From Candidatus Omnitrophota bacterium (lineage in GTDB: Bacteria; Omnitrophota; Gorgyraeia; Tantalellales; Tantalellaceae): DNA of 64,000 nucleotides. The notes beneath the pieces are model-generated. The model saw only the letters and a program-made list of their open reading frames with translations, had not been told where the DNA came from and ran no database searches. Location: positions 2,668 through 66,667 of the forward strand of contig WJMG01000078.1 in NCBI GenBank assembly GCA_014728075.1, read 5' to 3'. How positions within the stretch are numbered: position 1 is the first letter of the stretch; each line of letters begins with the position of its first letter. Shown one piece after another: positions 59,985 to 64,000 of this stretch. A program made the translations under genes and the position numbers.

Positions 59985-61274
59985 ATGAGCATAATTATCC
60001 GCAATGGACGACTGGTTGACCCAAAAAACGGGGTAGATGAAAAAATAGATATATTCATCGACAAAGGAAAGGTCCAAAAGACCGGAAAGAATCTCAAGGA
60101 CAAAGCCGGGACAGAGATCGACGCAGAAGGGAAGATAGTGGCACCCGGACTGGTCGATATGCACACTCATTTGAGAGAGCCCGGCAGAGAAGACAAGGAA
60201 ACTATAGAGACCGGGGCCCGGGCGGCTATAGCCGGGGGGTTCACGACCGTTTGCGCAATGCCTAATACGGAACCCCCGTGCGATACCCGGGCGCTTGCCG
60301 AGTACATTATAGAAAAGGCCGAAAGGACAAAGCTGGCCACGGTCCTTCCAATAGGAGCGATTACAAAGGGCAGAAAGAGTGAACAGCTTACAGAAATGGC
60401 CGAACTCCGTGAAGCCGGATGCGCCGCGTTCTCGGATGACGGGGATTCCGTTAAAAGCGCCGCGCTTATGAGAAGAGCCCTGGAATACGCTTCAATGTTA
60501 GGCGCTCTTGTGATCTCACATTGCGAGGACAGGGATCTGGCCGGTGACGGGGTCATGAACGAGGGATACTGGTCTACCCTTCTCGGGATGAAACCGATAC
60601 CCCGGGAAGCGGAATCCCTTATAGTTGAAAGAGATGTGTGCCTGGCGGAAAGGGCGGACGCCAGGCTGCATATAGCGCACATTTCAACCGCCGAGAGTGT
60701 TGAGATCGTCAGAAGGGCAAAAAAACAGGGCCTTAAAATTTCCGCTGAAGTTACTCCGCATCATTTCAGTTTGACGGACGCGGAACTGAAAAGCTATGAT
60801 ACCGCCTTTAAAGTGAATCCGCCCTTAAGGACCGAGAAAGATATCCTGGCCCTGAAAAAAGGCTTAAAGGACGGAACAATAGATGTTATAGCTACAGATC
60901 ACGCTCCGCACCTTGAAAACGAGAAAGAAATGGAGTTTGATCATGCTCCCTTCGGCATGACCGCCCTGGAAACAGCGCTTTCTCTGTCGGTGGAAAATCT
61001 GCTGACGGAAGGCCTGCTGGATTGGCCGGGGCTGATAAGGTTGCTTTCAGTTAATCCCTGCCGGTTGCTGGGGTATGGACGAGGCTCTCTCGAAGAGGGG
61101 GCGGTCGCGGATGTTGTTGTCATAGACCCTTCAGCAAAATGGGTTTATGAAAAAGAAAAGGTTTTTTCCAAGGCTACCAATTCACCCTTTTTAGGAAAGA
61201 AGATGACGGCCAGGGTCACCGATGTGATTGTTTCCGGAAGAGAGACTTTAAGAAACGGACAAATGAAATATTAG
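59985..61274 (+). CDS. pyrC: Dihydroorotase
   Basis: DMHTHLREPG, MPNT, KVNPPLR, ATDHAPH. Confidence 0.96.
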   Translation: MSIIIRNGRLVDPKNGVDEKIDIFIDKGKVQKTGKNLKDKAGTEIDAEGKIVAPGLVDMHTHLREPGREDKETIETGARAAIAGGFTTVCAMPNTEPPCDTRALAEYIIEKAERTKLATVLPIGAITKGRKSEQLTEMAELREAGCAAFSDDGDSVKSAALMRRALEYASMLGALVISHCEDRDLAGDGVMNEGYWSTLLGMKPIPREAESLIVERDVCLAERADARLHIAHISTAESVEIVRRAKKQGLKISAEVTPHHFSLTDAELKSYDTAFKVNPPLRTEKDILALKKGLKDGTIDVIATDHAPHLENEKEMEFDHAPFGMTALETALSLSVENLLTEGLLDWPGLIRLLSVNPCRLLGYGRGSLEEGAVADVVVIDPSAKWVYEKEKVFSKATNSPFLGKKMTARVTDVIVSGRETLRNGQMKY

Positions 61275-61307
61275 TTCCGCCAGGAGCTCGCAAGATCGAC
61301 CTGAAAA

Positions 61308-62165
61308 ATGGAGAGAAGGCCCACAAAAATGGATCAAAAGAAGATAAAATCCCAAAAAACAGCCATAATCAGCAATGAAAGGGTAGCAAAAGGCCATTTT
61401 GTTATGCGCCTGGAAAGTCAAGAAATAGCTTCCGGGGCATGTCCGGGCCAATTCGTAACTGTAAAGGCCGGAAGGGACGCGACGGATCCTTTGTTGCGTA
61501 TACCCTTGGGCATACATAAAATAGGGCAAAAGGACTTCAGCCTTCTTTATAAGGTGGTCGGACGGGGAACAAGAACTCTATCAAGATTTGTAAAGGATGA
61601 AAGCGTAGATGTCCTGGGGCCTCTGGGAAACGGATTTCCGCTTGAAGGGGGCCCGGTGCCGGGAAAAAGTAAAGTTGTTATAGTCTCCGGTGGCCACGGA
61701 GTGGCGCCTTTATTCGCTCTTGCGGAATACCTTAGGGAAACCCGGCCGCAAACAAAAATAAAATTTCTGATGGGAGCCTGCACGGCGGAAGAAGTGCTTT
61801 GTGTCAAGGAACTTGAAGAAATGGGAATAAGTGTGGGGATAGCGACCGACGACGGCACAAGGGGATGCCGGGGGTTTGTAACCGGCCTCATGGAGGAGGA
61901 GATCAAAGAGAAGCCGGCGAGAATTTTCGCCTGCGGACCAAGGGCAATGCTCGCGGAGGTGGCGAGGATAGCCGAAAGGGAAAAGATCAGCGCCAGTGTA
62001 TCGCTTGACGCTTATATGGCCTGCGGTATAGGGGCTTGCCTTGGCTGCGCGCTGAAGACAGAAGAAGGCTATAAACTTGTCTGCAAGGACGGCCCGGTTT
62101 TCGAGGCCGGAGAGGTTTTATGGAAAGAAGCTGTTCAAGCCAGGCAGAGCTGCGGATGTGAATAG
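61308..62165 (+). CDS. pyrK: Dihydroorotate dehydrogenase electron transfer subunit
   Basis: PGQF, GPLGNGF, MACGIGACLGC, VCKDGPVF. Confidence 0.94.
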   Translation: MERRPTKMDQKKIKSQKTAIISNERVAKGHFVMRLESQEIASGACPGQFVTVKAGRDATDPLLRIPLGIHKIGQKDFSLLYKVVGRGTRTLSRFVKDESVDVLGPLGNGFPLEGGPVPGKSKVVIVSGGHGVAPLFALAEYLRETRPQTKIKFLMGACTAEEVLCVKELEEMGISVGIATDDGTRGCRGFVTGLMEEEIKEKPARIFACGPRAMLAEVARIAEREKISASVSLDAYMACGIGACLGCALKTEEGYKLVCKDGPVFEAGEVLWKEAVQARQSCGCE

Positions 62166-62218
62166 CTGCGGTAAAGGCCCGAGGCACGGCGGGGAACGGG
62201 AAAAGGATAAAACAAAAA

Positions 62219-63142
62219 ATGGACCTCAAGGTAAAAATAGGAAATACGGAATTTAAAAATCCCGTGTGGGTCGCTTCGGGGACTTTCGGCAGCGGAAAAG
62301 AATTCGAAGGGTTGACCGAACTCAGGGAGATAGGCGCTGTCGTGACCAAAACCATCACCCTCGAGAAAAGAGAAGGCAACAGGCCCCAGCGGATCGTTGA
62401 AACGGCTTCCGGGCTTCTGAACTCGATCGGCCTGGAGAATAAAGGGCTCGACCATTTCATTGAAAAGACATACCCGGAGGCTGAGAGGACCGGAGCGGAT
62501 ATCATAGTCAGCATAGCGGGTTCTTCCTGTGACGAATTCCTCGAATGCGCGGAAAAGCTTTCGGAAAAAGTGCGGCCCAAAGGAATAGAGCTGAACCTTT
62601 CCTGCCCGAATGTCGCTCACAGGGATACAAAGCACAAACTTATTTCCCAGGACCCGGTTTCCACAGAAAATATAGTCAAAAGGACCAGAAGGACCACGGA
62701 AACCCTTCTTATCGCAAAACTGACCCCCAATGTTACCGACATTACCGAAATAGCCCGGGCGGCCGAAGCCGGGGGAGCCGACGCGGTGGCCCTGGTCAAC
62801 ACTTATATGGGCATGGCGGTCGACGCGTTCTCCGCAAAACCCGTGCTCGGGAATGTCTTCGGTGGACTTAGCGGACCGGCTATTAAACCTTTGGCTTTAA
62901 AATCCGTCTGGGATGTGTATAATAGTATAAATATCCCCATTATAGGAATAGGGGGTATAATGACCGGTGAGGATGTTGCCGAATTCATTTTATGCGGGGC
63001 GGACGCCGTACAGACGGGTACCGTAAATCTGGTCGACCCTTCTTCTCACGGAAGGATCCTGAAAGAGTTCAGGGAGTTTCTGAACAGGAAAGGGGCCTCT
63101 TCCCCGATAGAGCTGAAAGGGAAACTTGCCGCCGGTCTTTGA
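62219..63142 (+). CDS. pyrD: Dihydroorotate dehydrogenase class 1B
   Basis: ASGTFG, NSIGLEN, ELNLSCPN, KLTPN, GGLSGPAIKP. Confidence 0.96.
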   Translation: MDLKVKIGNTEFKNPVWVASGTFGSGKEFEGLTELREIGAVVTKTITLEKREGNRPQRIVETASGLLNSIGLENKGLDHFIEKTYPEAERTGADIIVSIAGSSCDEFLECAEKLSEKVRPKGIELNLSCPNVAHRDTKHKLISQDPVSTENIVKRTRRTTETLLIAKLTPNVTDITEIARAAEAGGADAVALVNTYMGMAVDAFSAKPVLGNVFGGLSGPAIKPLALKSVWDVYNSINIPIIGIGGIMTGEDVAEFILCGADAVQTGTVNLVDPSSHGRILKEFREFLNRKGASSPIELKGKLAAGL

Positions 63143-63201
63143 TCCTTCCCAGGAAATGTTCCAGTAAGATAAGAATTTTAAGAAAAGAAAGAAACGGAAG
63201 C

Positions 63202-63912
63202 ATGGACCCAAGAGAAAGACTTATCGTAGCTCTTGATGTCGAGCATTTACACGAGGCGGAAGAGCTAGTTGAAAAACTGGCGGATTCCGCGGATATTTTC
63301 AAGGTCGGGATCGCGCCGTTCACGGCTTTCGGGCCCGGGCTCCTCGATGTGCTCGGGGAGAAAGGAAAAAAAGTTTTCCTGGACCTGAAGGTGCATGATA
63401 TACCGAATACCGTTCTTAACGCCGCGTACCAGGCGGCCCGGAAGAATGTCTTTATGATGAATTTCCATTGTCTCGGAGGGAAAGCGATGATGGAAGCGGC
63501 CGTAAAGGGCGCGGAAAAAGCGGGAGAAGAGGGAAGACGAAAACCCCTGCTGCTGGGAGTTACCGTACTGACCAGCATGGACGGGGAAGGGCTGAGGGAG
63601 ACAGGGATAGGCGCTTCGGTGGAGGATACTGTCCTCAAGTTCGCTTCAATGGCGAAAGAAGCCGGACTTAACGGTGTTGTCGCCTCCGCGAGGGAAGCGA
63701 AAAAAATAAAGGAAAAGCTGGGAGAAGGCTTTGTGATCGTTACCCCCGGGATAAGGCCCGAATGGGCGGCTAAAGGCGATCAGAAAAGGGTACTTTCCCC
63801 TAAGGAAGCCATAAAGGAAGGCGCCGATTACATCGTGGTAGGACGGCCGATAATAAAAGCGGACGACCCGGCGGCGGCGGCGGAGAAAATAATCGAGGAG
63901 ATGGAGGGGTAA
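63202..63912 (+). CDS. pyrF: Orotidine-5'-phosphate decarboxylase
   Basis: LIVALD, FLDLKVHDIPNT, VTVLTS, TPGIRP, VVGRPI. Confidence 0.96.
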   Translation: MDPRERLIVALDVEHLHEAEELVEKLADSADIFKVGIAPFTAFGPGLLDVLGEKGKKVFLDLKVHDIPNTVLNAAYQAARKNVFMMNFHCLGGKAMMEAAVKGAEKAGEEGRRKPLLLGVTVLTSMDGEGLRETGIGASVEDTVLKFASMAKEAGLNGVVASAREAKKIKEKLGEGFVIVTPGIRPEWAAKGDQKRVLSPKEAIKEGADYIVVGRPIIKADDPAAAAEKIIEEMEG

Positions 63913-64000
63913 GGAAAAAGCTGCAAGGAAAAAGAACAAGGTGCTTGTCTGGAATGTTCTTTCGTGTGTTGCGCTCCTTTTCCTTGTAATTTTTGACCGG

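Overview
A bacterial chromosomal segment spanning the replication origin. Nearly all genes left of about 53.4 kb are on the minus strand and all genes to the right are on the plus strand, around dnaA-dnaN-dciA-gyrB-gyrA and rpmH-rnpA-yidD-yidC-jagN-parA-parB. DnaA boxes, a DnaA-trio-like tract and parS-like palindromes are visible. Gene content suggests a diderm fermentative anaerobe, most plausibly Ca. Omnitrophota (PVC); this taxonomy is inference. The other blocks are: a P3A-type H+-ATPase downstream of a binding protein and PAS kinase; a Rex-controlled electron-bifurcating [FeFe]-hydrogenase and maturase operon with an embedded Cache kinase and receiver; a PEGA protein / processive GT2 / clan GH-A hydrolase / sugar porter operon; a Pho regulon with 11-bp-periodic Pho boxes; glgA-radical SAM-short pyk; tRNA-Asp with duplicated 3' ends; tRNA-Val; and a PyrR-attenuated pyr operon. 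No CRISPR array, transposase or prophage was seen. The best candidate for an undescribed system is the PEGA-GT2-GH-sugar porter glycan module. Next are the hydrogenase operon (non-canonical H-cluster motifs, internal two-component system, small ORF with terminator) and several non-coding structured or repeated elements.
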